From NCBI GenBank assembly GCA_963713615.1, contig CAVQMM010000001.1, positions 3,488,001 through 3,552,000 of the forward strand: 64,000 nt of DNA. The letters are read 5' to 3'. Positions 1 through 9,533 of this stretch are shown here, in pieces. The number at the start of each line of letters is the position of its first letter. Within the stretch, counting starts at the first letter, position 1. The notes under the pieces were generated by a model that saw nothing but the letters and a program-made list of their open reading frames with translations, was not told the DNA's origin and ran no database searches. Source of the stretch: an uncultured Chlamydiae bacterium (GTDB lineage Bacteria > Chlamydiota > Chlamydiia > Chlamydiales > JAJFMA01). The translations under genes were made by a program, and so were the position numbers.

Positions 1-991
1 AGGCTTGTATAGGCACTGGAAGAGCCTCGTCACGCATATCCAAAAGATCTTTTAAATTTTCTCCTGCGTGCTGTCTTCCAGTAAAAAACAAGGCGATCTC
101 TTTGTCGTGTGCTTTTCCAAGAATGCCCGTTGTGAATATTCCCTTCCTTTCTGGATTGGCTACTTCGTTTTCCTTCATAAGGCTAAGCACTCTTGCCATC
201 GTATCGTCGTTGTGAAGGCATTCACAGTTGGCTGCGAGTTGGCACAGCTCTATGAAAACAGGCTCCATGCACTCTGCAACATCATGGGTCATGCCCCAAA
301 TTTCTGTATCTGAAATAGGGTTGCCCAAAATGGTCTGTATTTGCTCTTGACGATAGAAGGGCATGCCACCGCGATATTTAAGAATCGAGACTATAGCCTT
401 AGCTGACTTATCGATTCTTGACTCAGTGTAAAGCTCTTCGGGTAGTCTAGCGGTGAACACCTGTTGACAAATAGGACAGCGAAGTCTTTCAGGTTTGTAG
501 ATATGCACATTTAACCAGGGTTGCCCCACAATGCGAAGCACCGTTCCGGAAGCTAGATTGAATAATTTGCCTTTACCACACGCAGGACAGGTAGAGCCCT
601 TTTTAAGAACCTCGTGGGCTACTTTTATGAGCTGCGCTTCTTGATAATCGCTTGCTGGTCGATGCCCGTGCCCTTTTGCCGGACCTGCATCAGAAGGCTT
701 CTCACTTGAAGTATCCTCAGAAGTGCTATTTCCTTTCTCGCTTCCAGTGTTTTTTGGTCGCAGTAGATTCTTTAACTTCTGTGCACTTTCCGTCTTAATC
801 CCGAATACAGCTTTAAGCCTTGCAATACTCAAAGACTGCTCTCGAAGAGATCCCTCCATCCATATCATTGCCCTCACAAGATCGGCAAGCAAGGGAAAAT
901 CGTCTACATCAAGGGATTGACTCTCGATCCTCTGAATGAGGGATTCAATCTCTTCTGTAGTAAAATCTATGCGTTTAGGTCGCTTTACCAT
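1..991 (-). CDS. tnpC: IS66-family transposase TnpC, N-terminal part (runs off the window)
   Basis: Manual minus-strand translation from ATG at 991: MVKRPKRIDFTTEEIESLIQRIE...CPACGKG...LRCPICQQVF...KYRGGMPFYRQEQ...LHNDDT. Zn-finger and P-F-Y-R-Q motifs are typical of IS66 TnpC; lies downstream of tnpA/tnpB. Absent from the ORF track because no stop codon falls inside the window. Confidence 0.9.
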   Translation of the reverse strand, partial: MVKRPKRIDFTTEEIESLIQRIESQSLDVDDFPLLADLVRAMIWMEGSLREQSLSIARLKAVFGIKTESAQKLKNLLRPKNTGSEKGNSTSEDTSSEKPSDAGPAKGHGHRPASDYQEAQLIKVAHEVLKKGSTCPACGKGKLFNLASGTVLRIVGQPWLNVHIYKPERLRCPICQQVFTARLPEELYTESRIDKSAKAIVSILKYRGGMPFYRQEQIQTILGNPISDTEIWGMTHDVAECMEPVFIELCQLAANCECLHNDDTMARVLSLMKENEVANPERKGIFTTGILGKAHDKEIALFFTGRQHAGENLKDLLDMRDEALPVPIQA

Positions 992-1039
992 CTTCAACTA
1001 TCCCCAGGGCATCTATTTGAAAATAAAAAAACAATATTG

Positions 1040-1396
1040 TCATCCAATTTTTCGCCATGTATCTGAAAAACAGGCAAGACCCGGGTCTCCATTCCACAGA
1101 AGTGTTTGGAGCTCACGAGCCTCCAAAATCACTTCAACACCGCCACTTGCTGGTTTAGGCCACCAAGAAAACCTTCCCTTTGAAAGACGTTTAATGCAGA
1201 GCCAAAACCCCTGTCCATCGTACACTAAAACCTTTAGAGAGTTGACAGACCGGTTTCGAAAGAGAAAAACCGCACCACCAAAGGGATCTTTGCCTAAGAT
1301 TTGTTTACAACAGGATGCAAGGCCATCGATTCCTTTACGAAAGTCAACAGGAGCAATAGCAACATAGATAAGCATTTGAGGGGTGATTTGAATCAT
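1040..1396 (-). CDS. tnpB: IS66 accessory protein TnpB
   Basis: PVDFRKGIDGL...AVFLFRNR...LKVLVYDGQGFWLCIKRLSKGRF is the IS66 Orf2/TnpB signature. Confidence 0.95.
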   Translation of the reverse strand: MIQITPQMLIYVAIAPVDFRKGIDGLASCCKQILGKDPFGGAVFLFRNRSVNSLKVLVYDGQGFWLCIKRLSKGRFSWWPKPASGGVEVILEARELQTLLWNGDPGLACFSDTWRKIG

Positions 1397-1788
1397 GAGA
1401 ACTCCCCTCTAAAGAGTTTACTAATAAGGGCAGGCAGATCCTTAACAGGCCCAGTCCAGCGAAGAGTAAGAGGCCCTGCTTGGTGCTTAAGAGTAATTTC
1501 AACAAATGAATGGGATTCACTAGGTAGAGGGCGTACTTGAGCAAAATCTTGGATGGTTTGTTTTCCACGCGCTAAGCGCTTCTTAAAGTACTGGACAGAG
1601 ACGCCTATGGCAGATGCAATTTCAGCAACAGAGTAAGTCATCGTAAGATTGAACGCAGCTTGCCAGAGCTCCTTGGAGAAGCGTGGATGGCCCTTTTTTT
1701 GGGATCTAACGCGATGAAATTCTTGAGCGACTTGTTCGAGCGAAAGTGTAGCAGCTTTCATGAGCAACCTCCTTGGTTGTTTGCTCAC
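1393..1788 (-). CDS. tnpA: IS66 TnpA-like helix-turn-helix protein
   Basis: First gene of the tnpA-tnpB-tnpC series, ATGA overlap with tnpB, HTH-like SVAEIASAIGVS and C-terminal FVEI. Confidence 0.7.
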   Translation of the reverse strand: MSKQPRRLLMKAATLSLEQVAQEFHRVRSQKKGHPRFSKELWQAAFNLTMTYSVAEIASAIGVSVQYFKKRLARGKQTIQDFAQVRPLPSESHSFVEITLKHQAGPLTLRWTGPVKDLPALISKLFRGEFS

Positions 1789-2009
1789 GAATTTCGCTCA
1801 ACCTTGTTTCAAAATCACGCACGCTCACAGGAGGGACACGGTTCAATTGGCAGGGCTTGTTGTTCAGCAATCACCTTGCCTAGGCACGGGCCAGCAACAG
1901 ACATAATTTGTAGAGGGCATGTGTCACTATATGAAACCTTCTATCCTTTTTGCGTGGATGTTTTGGCTGGCAAGCAAAAAGAGGAAGCCTTGATCACAGC
2001 GGGCTTTTC

Positions 2010-2432
2010 CTACAGTAGTTCGTAAGTGCTAATTTCTTTAGCGATTGCGCTTTTCGTTTGACCGTGTTCGAGGAAGTAAGCGATCTCGACTTTATTATAA
2101 TTGCCTTTCGCTACCTCTACGACCAACTCTTCATATAGAGCCTCTGAAAAGGTTGTCTGAATACCATTCAGTTCAAGAAATAGGATCGCCGTTAATGCTC
2201 CTGTTCTCTTGTTACCATCGTTAAAGGGATGGTTTTGAACCAGATGGAAGAGATAAGCGGCAGCTTTGTCATAGATGGTTCTATGCAGCAATTCACCAAA
2301 CATGGTGCTTCGCGGCATCTCGACGGCAGATTCTAAAAGTCCTCTGTCGCGGAGGCCTGGTAAACCGCCATGATCTTCTAAGAATGTGTCATGCAGCTCG
2401 ATGACCTGCTCGACTGTCATAAATTTGGTCAT
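2010..2432 (-). CDS. doc: Doc/Fic-family toxin (death-on-curing)
   Basis: HPFNDGNKRT Fic motif; GLRDRGLLESAV N-terminal motif. Confidence 0.93.
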   Translation of the reverse strand: MTKFMTVEQVIELHDTFLEDHGGLPGLRDRGLLESAVEMPRSTMFGELLHRTIYDKAAAYLFHLVQNHPFNDGNKRTGALTAILFLELNGIQTTFSEALYEELVVEVAKGNYNKVEIAYFLEHGQTKSAIAKEISTYELL

Positions 2433-2674
2433 CTCTTAGAGAGCTTGTTGGCTAGTTGATATCGTTCTTTTCGAAGCTTTTGCAATCCCTTTCTGAAGGT
2501 AGTATCATCTATGTCAGAATCGAATTTTTTCTCTTCGGTCGACTCTCTAAAAGCTAGAGATTCCAGAATATATTCGCGCATGGAGATTCCACGCTTTGCT
2601 GCTAGCATTTTCAAATGAATATGCTGTTCGGCTGAAATATCTAGGCTGAGACGGATTTTATGCTCTTGCCTCAT
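2429..2674 (-). CDS. Putative antitoxin (RHH-like) paired with doc
   Basis: 81 aa, ATGA overlap with doc, RLSLDISAEQHIHLKMLAAKRGISMREYI resembles a ribbon-helix-helix. Confidence 0.7.
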   Translation of the reverse strand: MRQEHKIRLSLDISAEQHIHLKMLAAKRGISMREYILESLAFRESTEEKKFDSDIDDTTFRKGLQKLRKERYQLANKLSKR

Positions 2675-2884
2675 AAATTCTCCTTATTTCCACATTTCCA
2701 CAATACCATAAAAGCCGATGATTTGCAAGCTGGCAGAGGGTGGTTTGTGGGTCAATTCTGGGTCAGTACATCGCGTAATTTACCATAATCTGGCGTTAGA
2801 AACGCACATACTTCAAATAAATTGTTGTGTATAGGTTGCTATGTAGAGTTAGGTGGTGTTATGGGACGTTGCGTTAATGACAGC

Positions 2885-2938
2885 GACTTAAAATCCCTCG
2901 GGCGCAAGCCTATGCCGGTTCGAGTCCGGCTCCGAGCA
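2885..2938 (+). repeat. 3' fragment of tRNA-Leu(UAA), att-site copy 1
   Basis: GACTTAAAATCCCTC-variable arm-GCCGGTTCGAGTCCGGC-TCCGAGCA. The matching 5' half (GCTCGGA acceptor strand, D arm, GAGGGA anticodon strand) is absent upstream. Identical to 13358-13411. Confidence 0.9.
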
Positions 2939-2940
2939 TT

Positions 2941-3050
2941 GTTGGGTTATCGTTCATTGTGGAGTCTTTGACTGCCACGTTAGATGCATCGCATCATTGG
3001 GACGCTTAGCGAGCCCGGGGCCTTGAGCCCAAAACGATAACCCAACTTTT
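2941..3050 (+). other. Conserved multi-hairpin element / terminator-like structure after the tRNA fragment (copy 1)
   Basis: 14-bp closing stem GTTGGGTTATCGTT (2941-2954) / AACGATAACCCAAC (3033-3046) enclosing four short hairpins, followed by a T tract; second copy at 13415-13520. Confidence 0.6.
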
Positions 3051-3099
3051 CCTTTTTCCCAGAGGAACACCGACAAAAACCTTTCCGATTGAGCAGAAG

Positions 3100-4220
3100 A
3101 TGTCTAGTAGCATAGTGGTTAAAAAGAACTATGTTGTCGTTGGAGGAAGCGCTTATGCTGACATCGACGTCTTAGCGTGTGTTTCCGCCTACACTCAGTT
3201 GCTTAGACTCAAAGATTTTCAGGCTTATGGAGTCATTACAGGCCCATGGAATCAAACAATTCCACAGTCGATCAGGAAATGGCCAATAGATATAGGCAAT
3301 ACCTTCAAGTTCTCAAAGGATTCGTGCCGGTTTGTGCTTGTGGACCTGTCGGATCCAAGATTCATGGAGAAGTTTGTTTCAATGAGAAGTTTGTTTCAAT
3401 CGATGAAGTAGTTGAAGTCTATGATCACCATTATGGGCCTTATTCACCTTTGCGGTCAGTTTTCGGTCGACTGCAAAAGGATCGTCTGTCGCGTTTTGCT
3501 CCTCGGACATAGCTGGCGCTATGCCCTCGTCACAAACCACGACATCCGACCTTTTTCGTCCGACCGAAATTCTGACCGTAAAGGTGAACAAGGCCCCATT
3601 ATGGACATGAAAAATTTTGGCAGGAGAGACTTCCAGACTCGACCTACATTGAAAAAGTTGGGGCTTGTGCTACTTTAATTTGGGAAAAATACAAGAAAAA
3701 TGGCCTTCACACCCTTATTTCAGGAACCAATGCTAATCTTCTCTATACCGCTATTTTTGCGAACACATTGAACTTCAAATCTTCGATAACTCTGGATCGT
3801 GACCTTCTTGCTTCTGATGAGCTACTGGCTTACTGCACTCTTCCAGCTGACTGGAAGGCTATCTACTACAAGGAAGTAGAAGAAGGATTTAGCAAAGACT
3901 TTTTGAGGCAAATAAAAAAGGATACGAAGATTGTTCATTTGGAGGGCGTTCCCTTCTACTTTGGACAGGCAGAGATGTGGGATGCTAGTGACATAATTGC
4001 TAATTCGCGAGACTATTTTGATTTCAGTGCCGATGAGGAGTGGTTGATCAATATCGTGAGTATTGCAGAAGGACGTTCCCATTTTTTTACTAATTCGGAT
4101 CGATTGCGCGTATGGCTAAATCGCATAATACCCGGAGAAGCTACTGGTCAGTCGTATCATGCCGCGCAACGGCTGTGGCTAAGAAAGGAAGTGCTTGGTC
4201 ATTTAGTTATCAATCTTTGA
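3100..4220 (+). pseudogene. DHH-family phosphoesterase (Mn-dependent pyrophosphatase-like), disrupted
   Basis: Reconstructed reading YADIDVLAC...VLVDLSD...EVYDHHYG|HEKFWQ...IEKVGACATLIWE...AIFANTLNFKS. Broken by a 17-bp tandem duplication (3367-3400) and a 160-bp MITE (3436-3595). Confidence 0.85.
3436..3595 (+). mobile_element. 160-bp MITE (GGCC ends, IS1595-like), copy 1
   Basis: Imperfect TIR GGCCTT(A/G)TTCACCTTT(G/A)CGGTCAG; 8-bp TSD CCATTATG at 3428-3435 and 3596-3603. Confidence 0.92.
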
Positions 4221-4429
4221 CTATAGCGCGAGGTAATGGCCAGTAGAGATGTTGAACTTAAGCTCTCAGCGAGCTTGAGGCGTCAGCGTTATTTGTCCAT
4301 TTTGTGCAGTCAGTCTAGTTCGTCCAGAAAGTCCATCGTGTCCAAACTGTCCATTGAAAATTAGGAGTGAAAAACCTCAAAACCGAACTCTTCACATAGT
4401 TTTTCAGCGTGAACAGTTTTACCCATCCT

Positions 4430-4595
4430 AGAACAGCTGCTTAAATGAGGAATTGCATGGTTGAGATTGGTTGCCTTCGCGAGCTGACCATACCACCTTG
4501 TGCTTCAGTAATATCACGCACCGCCAGGAGGAATAATACATGGAGATCGTCATTCTCTAATGCAGTGTTTAAATAGACACTAGCACCAGGCTCTT
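4430..4595 (-). pseudogene. Remnant of an HI1420-like addiction-module antidote gene
   Basis: Nucleotide similarity to 12590-12775 (EPGA..YLN.ALE..DLHV.LLA.RDITEAQGGM). Confidence 0.65.
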
Positions 4596-4663
4596 AACCT
4601 AAAACTGTGTGTGTGAAAATGTATCTTTTAGCAAAAATGTCGCAGACTTTATTATCATTTTTT

Positions 4664-4823
4664 GGCCTTGTTCACCTTTACGGTCAGAATTTCGGTCGGA
4701 CGAAAAAGGTCGGATGTCGTGGTTTGTGACGAGGGCATAGCGCCAGCTATGTCCGAGGAGCAAAACGCGACAGACGATCCTTTTGCAGTCGACCGAAAAC
4801 TGACCGCAAAGGTGAATAAGGCC
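4664..4823 (-). mobile_element. 160-bp MITE, copy 2 (inverted, no TSD)
   Basis: Reverse complement of 3436-3595; flanks CATTTTTT and CAATTCTA do not match. Confidence 0.9.
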
Positions 4824-4825
4824 CA

Positions 4826-5062
4826 ATTCTACCTGGTTTCATATCCACGCCAATGCTCTATGAACCAAATTCTAAAGGAGAGGTTCCTTCTTTTGAGAAT
4901 TACGTCAATTTGATTCCATTAAGGAAAATGGGATGGCCTAGTGATGTTGCTAAGGCAGTTATATTTCTTGCTTCCGATGAATCAGCCTATATTACCGGAA
5001 TAGATTTAATTATAGACGGAGGAATCACAACTTGGTCTGGGATTCCCTTACAAAAGCCATAA
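4826..5062 (+). pseudogene. 3' remnant of an SDR oxidoreductase
   Basis: IPLRKMGWPSDVAKAVIFLASDESAYITGIDLIIDGG is an SDR C-terminus; the 5' part is lost at the MITE. Confidence 0.8.
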
Positions 5063-5119
5063 CAATCTTAACAAAAAATAGCTGGGGGCAGAGCTGACAG
5101 TATGACATTTCATGCCACA

Positions 5120-5362
5120 AATGGAGGAGATAAGCAGCAGCTTTGTCGTAGATGGTTCTATATAGCGGTGCACCAAACATGGTGTTTCGCGCAGATTCTA
5201 GAAGACTTCTATCGCGATGCCTAGCAAGCCACCTTATCTTCTAGGAACGCGTCGTGTGCAGCTCCATGACTTGCTCGATTGTTATAAATTTAATCGTCGC
5301 TTGGAGAGCTTTTTGGCTAGTTGAAATCGTTCTTTGCGGGGCTTTTGTAGTCCCTTTCTGAG
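5120..5362 (-). pseudogene. Degenerate second copy of the doc/antitoxin pair
   Basis: Similar to 2243-2497 (RKGLQK.RKER.QLA.KLSKR; RTIYDKAAAYL) with indels. Confidence 0.75.
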
Positions 5363-5399
5363 TGACTCGGCTGCAAAAAGCACCCCGTCAGGAACTACT

Positions 5400-5643
5400 T
5401 CAATTCCGCAAATTTTGGTGATGATTACCTGCAAATTGGGAATGTATTTGCGGTTTTGGCGAGGAGGTCGATGTCTACTGTGGCACGATGGCTTGTAGGG
5501 TTCCATACCATCAGCATGAGTCCTCCCTTTAGATAAAATGAGCCGCGGTGGGGCGACATCCCCAAGCGATATAAAAAACGCTCCATCGTATACATCTCGC
5601 CCAAGATGAGACTGTTGACATCTGTTCGCAAATTTGGTAACAT
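5400..5643 (-). pseudogene. AbiEii-family nucleotidyltransferase toxin, N-terminal fragment
   Basis: MERFLYRL...FYLKGGLML...HRATVDIDLL is the AbiEii N-terminal motif; truncated. Confidence 0.75.
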
Positions 5644-5660
5644 GATCTCAAAGAGGTGAT

Positions 5661-6029
5661 GTGGCTAAAACGAAAGTTGTTTTTTACAAAGAGAAGGATG
5701 AAACAACAGCTCCAGTACTTGAATGGTTGGATACTATCCCTCTAAAAGCTCGTTTGAAATGTCTAGAAAGAATAAAACGGCTAAGAGAAGAGGGGCATCA
5801 ATTGCGCAGGCCGGAAGCAGATTTACTCAGGGACAAGATTTATGAGCTGAGGGCAAGTTTGCAAGGGATTCATTATCGTATCCTTTATTTTTTCCACGGT
5901 AATGTGGCTGCTGTGTTGTCTCATGGGATCATAAAAGAGGATTGTGTTCCTCCGATAGAGATCGATAGAGCAATAAAGCGCCGGAAAAATTTTGAGATGA
6001 ATCCAAAAATACATACGTATGAGGAGTAA
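5661..6029 (+). CDS. RelE/HigB (Gp49-like) toxin
   Basis: PVLEWLD...LRRPEADLLRDKIYELRA...YRILYFFH...LSHGIIK; toxin-first order. Confidence 0.9.
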   Translation: MAKTKVVFYKEKDETTAPVLEWLDTIPLKARLKCLERIKRLREEGHQLRRPEADLLRDKIYELRASLQGIHYRILYFFHGNVAAVLSHGIIKEDCVPPIEIDRAIKRRKNFEMNPKIHTYEE

Positions 6030-6033
6030 TAAA

Positions 6034-6378
6034 ATGGCTAGAAAAAAACATAAACCAACAGATGATGCAGTTGAAATTTTGCATCGACGTCTAGTTAACG
6101 ACGATCCAGAGAAAATTGCTGAACTAGAAAATATTCGGGCTGACAATGATATAGCAAGAAAAATCTACGATTTGCGCATGAAGTCAGGGCTTTCTCAGAG
6201 GGCATTTGCTAAACTAGTTGGAACTACCGCGTCGGTTATCTGCCGTTTGGAAGATGCTGATTATGAGGGCCATTCAATGGCTATGCTTAACCGTATTGCT
6301 GCAGCGCTTGACAAGCGAGTGGAAATTCGGTTTGTGCCTATTAAAGGAAACTCACATTCAAAACAGGTTTGTGCATAA
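6034..6378 (+). CDS. HigA-like XRE antitoxin
   Basis: LRMKSGLSQRAFAKLVGTTASVICRLE HTH, directly after the toxin. Confidence 0.9.
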   Translation: MARKKHKPTDDAVEILHRRLVNDDPEKIAELENIRADNDIARKIYDLRMKSGLSQRAFAKLVGTTASVICRLEDADYEGHSMAMLNRIAAALDKRVEIRFVPIKGNSHSKQVCA

Positions 6379-6529
6379 GATGTCTAGTAGCATAGCGGTT
6401 TTCCCGATCCCTTATGGGCCACAATCCAATCACCGATACAGGGACTAGATGACGTATTGCGAGGGGATGATGTCCCACTCTGACTTTTTGGCTACCAGAA
6501 TTGATTCCGCATGAGCGGGAAAAGTTACG

Positions 6530-7465
6530 GTGGCAATCAGACCAAATACAATTAAGCTTAAGAATTTTCTCATATCACTCTCCTTTAGCATTTTCAGTCA
6601 GGCATTATCAGTCCCCTTCGATTTGGTTGCAACTCGAATGAATTGTTACTACCGCTTGGCTAAGCAGTCGGCGCAGCTGCTTTGGTGGAAGCAGGAGATA
6701 GGACATTGTCTCTTAGCCGACGTTAGCCCTGCACTTCTTGCTGAGAAGCGGGACAAGCTTGGCCATGGCAAAACAAGGACAGGGCAAAACAGATCACCAG
6801 CGACCATTATGCGGTATCTAGCGGCCTTAAGCCATGCGTTAGCCATTGGGGTCAGGGAATGGGCCTGGCTAGATGATTCACCCATGAGAAAGGTGTCAAA
6901 GCCGCAGGAGCCGCGTGGACGCGTACGGTTCTTATCGGAGGATGAAAGGCAGCGGTTTTTGAAGGCGTGCAAGGAAAGTACAACCCCATTTCTGTATGTT
7001 GCAGTGGTCTTGTCGTTATCAGCCGGCTTAAGGCGTTCTGAATTGCTAAACCTTCGGTGGTCAGACGTTGATCTGGCTAGGGGCCGCATAGTCCTACACG
7101 AGACCAAGAACGGTGATAGAAGAATGGTTCCACTGGCTGGCTTAGCATTACAGCTTCTTAAGGAGCTAAACGAAGGTCGTAGTGTAGCCACAGACCTACT
7201 ATTCCCTGGGACCGACCCACATAGGCCAATAGATCTGCGATTTGGTTGGGAAAAGGCTTTGAAAGAAGCTGTGATAACCAATTTCCGCTGGCATGACATG
7301 AGACATAGCTGCGCGAGCTACCTAGCGATGAATGGTGCTTCTCTGGCTGAGATTGCTGAGGTGTTGGGGCACAGGACGATTACTATGACAAGAAGGTACT
7401 CTCATTTAAGCGAATCGCATACCTCAGGCGTGGTTGCAAACATGAATGAAAGGATTTTTGGGTGA
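6530..7465 (+). CDS. int: Tyrosine recombinase/integrase (N-terminus possibly degraded)
   Basis: Catalytic residues present: GLRRSEL (R), TKNG (K), HDMRH (HxxR), LGH, RYSHL (Y). Confidence 0.92.
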   Translation: MAIRPNTIKLKNFLISLSFSIFSQALSVPFDLVATRMNCYYRLAKQSAQLLWWKQEIGHCLLADVSPALLAEKRDKLGHGKTRTGQNRSPATIMRYLAALSHALAIGVREWAWLDDSPMRKVSKPQEPRGRVRFLSEDERQRFLKACKESTTPFLYVAVVLSLSAGLRRSELLNLRWSDVDLARGRIVLHETKNGDRRMVPLAGLALQLLKELNEGRSVATDLLFPGTDPHRPIDLRFGWEKALKEAVITNFRWHDMRHSCASYLAMNGASLAEIAEVLGHRTITMTRRYSHLSESHTSGVVANMNERIFG

Positions 7466-7836
7466 AGATAGAAACTCGACATGAAAATTACTCGCCTAAA
7501 TGGGGAAGCAGAATCGCTCAGTCTTTTTGGAAATTGCGAGAAGCTTGCCTTTGGTTTTCGTCATTTGAGGTTGATCGGAGGTGTAAAGGCGAAGCGGCTT
7601 TGTGGGCTGCAATGGTTGCAGATAGTGAGGGGTATAGGAGAGCTTTGTTGGCGTTGTGTGTCAAAAGCATTAAAGTTAATGGGTTGGTCGGGCTTTGGGA
7701 TTTTAGGATTCGCGATTACTGGGTTACACCATTCGCTTTTATTCAATGGTGCCATCACAGAGGAATACCGATTCCTTTTGATTGTAGTGAGTTCTTAACT
7801 TGTGATTGGTTGATTGAGATATCTGAAGCTTACTAA
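7462..7836 (+). CDS. Hypothetical island protein
   Basis: 124-aa ORF with GTGA overlap on the integrase stop. Confidence 0.45.
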   Translation: MKIETRHENYSPKWGSRIAQSFWKLREACLWFSSFEVDRRCKGEAALWAAMVADSEGYRRALLALCVKSIKVNGLVGLWDFRIRDYWVTPFAFIQWCHHRGIPIPFDCSEFLTCDWLIEISEAY

Positions 7837-8151
7837 GGCCGATGGTTCGCCAAATCCCCGGAAAGACCCTTATCTCGAAAAACGGCTGTCCGAAGTAGAC
7901 CCCAAAAAAGGTGCTCGCAAGGGTGGGCGACCTCTTAAACAGCCCAAATCTTGAAACAAACACGTGAAGTCATAAATAAGAGATTATTTTTTTATAAGCC
8001 TATTTATCTCCATAGCAAGCGGTGAGGTTGATAACTTCGCATGTTTCTTTGGACTTAGCTAGTTTTTTTCTTCCCGCGTATTTGCTTTAATCCTGTTCAA
8101 GTATATGCGACAACGCCAAGTGTCGCCAATTCAGCAGGAGTTATTTATGGC

Positions 8152-8376
8152 ATGTCAGTTATCACAACAGATCAGGCACCTTCTAGGTTAATCCCGCTTG
8201 TGGAGTGGCCTAAGTATCATCCATGGCCTCCAGTTGGAGGTTTGCGGCACATGGTTTTCTATGGCGAGAAGACCGGGTTTTCTAAGGTAATCAAGAAGGT
8301 GGGGCGTCGTGTGCTCATAGACGAGCAAAAGTTCTTTGAGTTCATTGAAGAGCAAAACAACGCAGCAGCAAGGTAG
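8152..8376 (+). CDS. Putative excisionase / AlpA-like DNA-binding protein
   Basis: 74 aa, AGGAG upstream, IKKVGRRVLIDEQKFFEFIE resembles a Xis-type wing; near the integrase. Confidence 0.55.
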   Translation: MSVITTDQAPSRLIPLVEWPKYHPWPPVGGLRHMVFYGEKTGFSKVIKKVGRRVLIDEQKFFEFIEEQNNAAAR

Positions 8377-8649
8377 GAGGGATGGTGGATTCGGGGGTGA
8401 TCAGTATGATTCAAAGGGGGGTAAAATGTTTTTAGGCATTTTCTATTCATAAAGCAACTTTCATTTGGTTAAGAGTCAAAGAGATCATATAGGGTAGGTT
8501 ATTATGAATCAATTGCAGAGTCATTTCTGGTTGAGTTGGAGAGTTGTGAGTGTACAGGATGAAAAGCTGCAAGGTAACCCTGCGAAAAAAAACACATATT
8601 GAATATCAAGCTACACTTGTGCTACACTTTTGGTATCAGGAGGTGGCAA

Positions 8650-8892
8650 ATGGCTACAAAATCACCTAGAGTTCATGTTGCGCTGGATAAAGCAACTAGA
8701 GATGCGTTGGCTGTATTAGCTAAGCGAGACAACAAAACTTTGTCTGGAGTCGCAAAGGAGATGATCGAGGAAGCTCTAGACCTTCAAGAGGATATATATT
8801 TTTCCCGGTTAGTTGACGAGCGAAACAAGAAAGTGCAAAAACATTTCAACCTTGAGGAAGTGTGCGAGAAGTTGGGTCTAGACATCGAGTAA
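8650..8892 (+). CDS. RHH antitoxin (RelB-like)
   Basis: PRVHVALDKATRDALAVLAKRDNKTLSGVAKEMIEEALDLQED; GGAGG RBS; overlaps RelE. Confidence 0.8.
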   Translation: MATKSPRVHVALDKATRDALAVLAKRDNKTLSGVAKEMIEEALDLQEDIYFSRLVDERNKKVQKHFNLEEVCEKLGLDIE

Positions 8893-9140
8893 TTCTGTCC
8901 GAAGCTGCTGTCCGAGATTTAGAGGTCATTCCCAAGCGAGTCCAAGTACAGATTGTAAAGGCCATAAGGGAACGATTATGCATAGCGCCAATGGACTATG
9001 GGAAAGCCATGAGAAGAAACTATAAGGGATATAGGAGGTTGAGGGTAAACGACTATAGAGTAATCTACACAGTAGATCCCGAAGGGGACCATGATGTAAC
9101 CATACACGCTATTGGCAATCGAAAAGACGTGTATGAATAG
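8862..9140 (+). CDS. RelE/ParE-family toxin
   Basis: GYRRLRVNDYRVIYTV...IHAIGNRKDVYE. Confidence 0.92.
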   Translation: MREVGSRHRVILSEAAVRDLEVIPKRVQVQIVKAIRERLCIAPMDYGKAMRRNYKGYRRLRVNDYRVIYTVDPEGDHDVTIHAIGNRKDVYE

Positions 9141-9148
9141 AAGAACTT

Positions 9149-9427
9149 ATGAAAAAGCTCATGATGAGGATGATCTTTTCGATGTCTGCTTAGGAAGCGA
9201 TCGCTAAGATATGTAGAGACTGTCCGAGGTGGTCTGTGATACTGCGAGGACTACGCAATCGTGAGGGGCTAACTCCGAGCCAGCTTGGGAAAGTGATGGG
9301 GATTGCTCAAACCAACATATCACAGATGGAGCGGGGTGTTGGGACTATTGGAAAGCAGTCTTGCCAAGCGTTTTGCGGCGTTCTTCAAGACCGATTATCG
9401 CCTGTTTCTCTAGCCTGTCGCATTTAG
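9149..9427 (+). pseudogene. Degenerate XRE-family HTH gene
   Basis: LRGLRNREGLTPSQLGKVMGIAQTNISQMERG, then frameshifted. Confidence 0.6.
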
Positions 9428-9533
9428 GTTGATTTCTAGAATGCCTCTATTTCACATTTAAAGATTTTCTGCTGATTTTTAGCTTTATTTGACTATTTTC
9501 GCGCTTTAGATAAAACAAAGCAATGCGAGCGAT

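Noticed and set aside
1789..1900. Left terminal inverted repeat of the IS66 element
   Set aside because: No clear GTAA-type end is visible and the partner end is outside the window, so no boundary is called.
2855..2938. Intact tRNA-Leu genes (also 13328-13411)
   Set aside because: No 5' acceptor strand, D arm or 5' anticodon strand; only 3' fragments.
3379..3678. Recurrent small ORFs such as MGLIHLCGQFSVDCK... and MFTFTVRISVGRK...
   Set aside because: Translations of the 160-bp MITE in several frames; starts and stops depend on the flanks.
6649..7299. 216-aa antisense ORF
   Set aside because: Lies wholly opposite the integrase and has no recognisable motif; shadow ORF.
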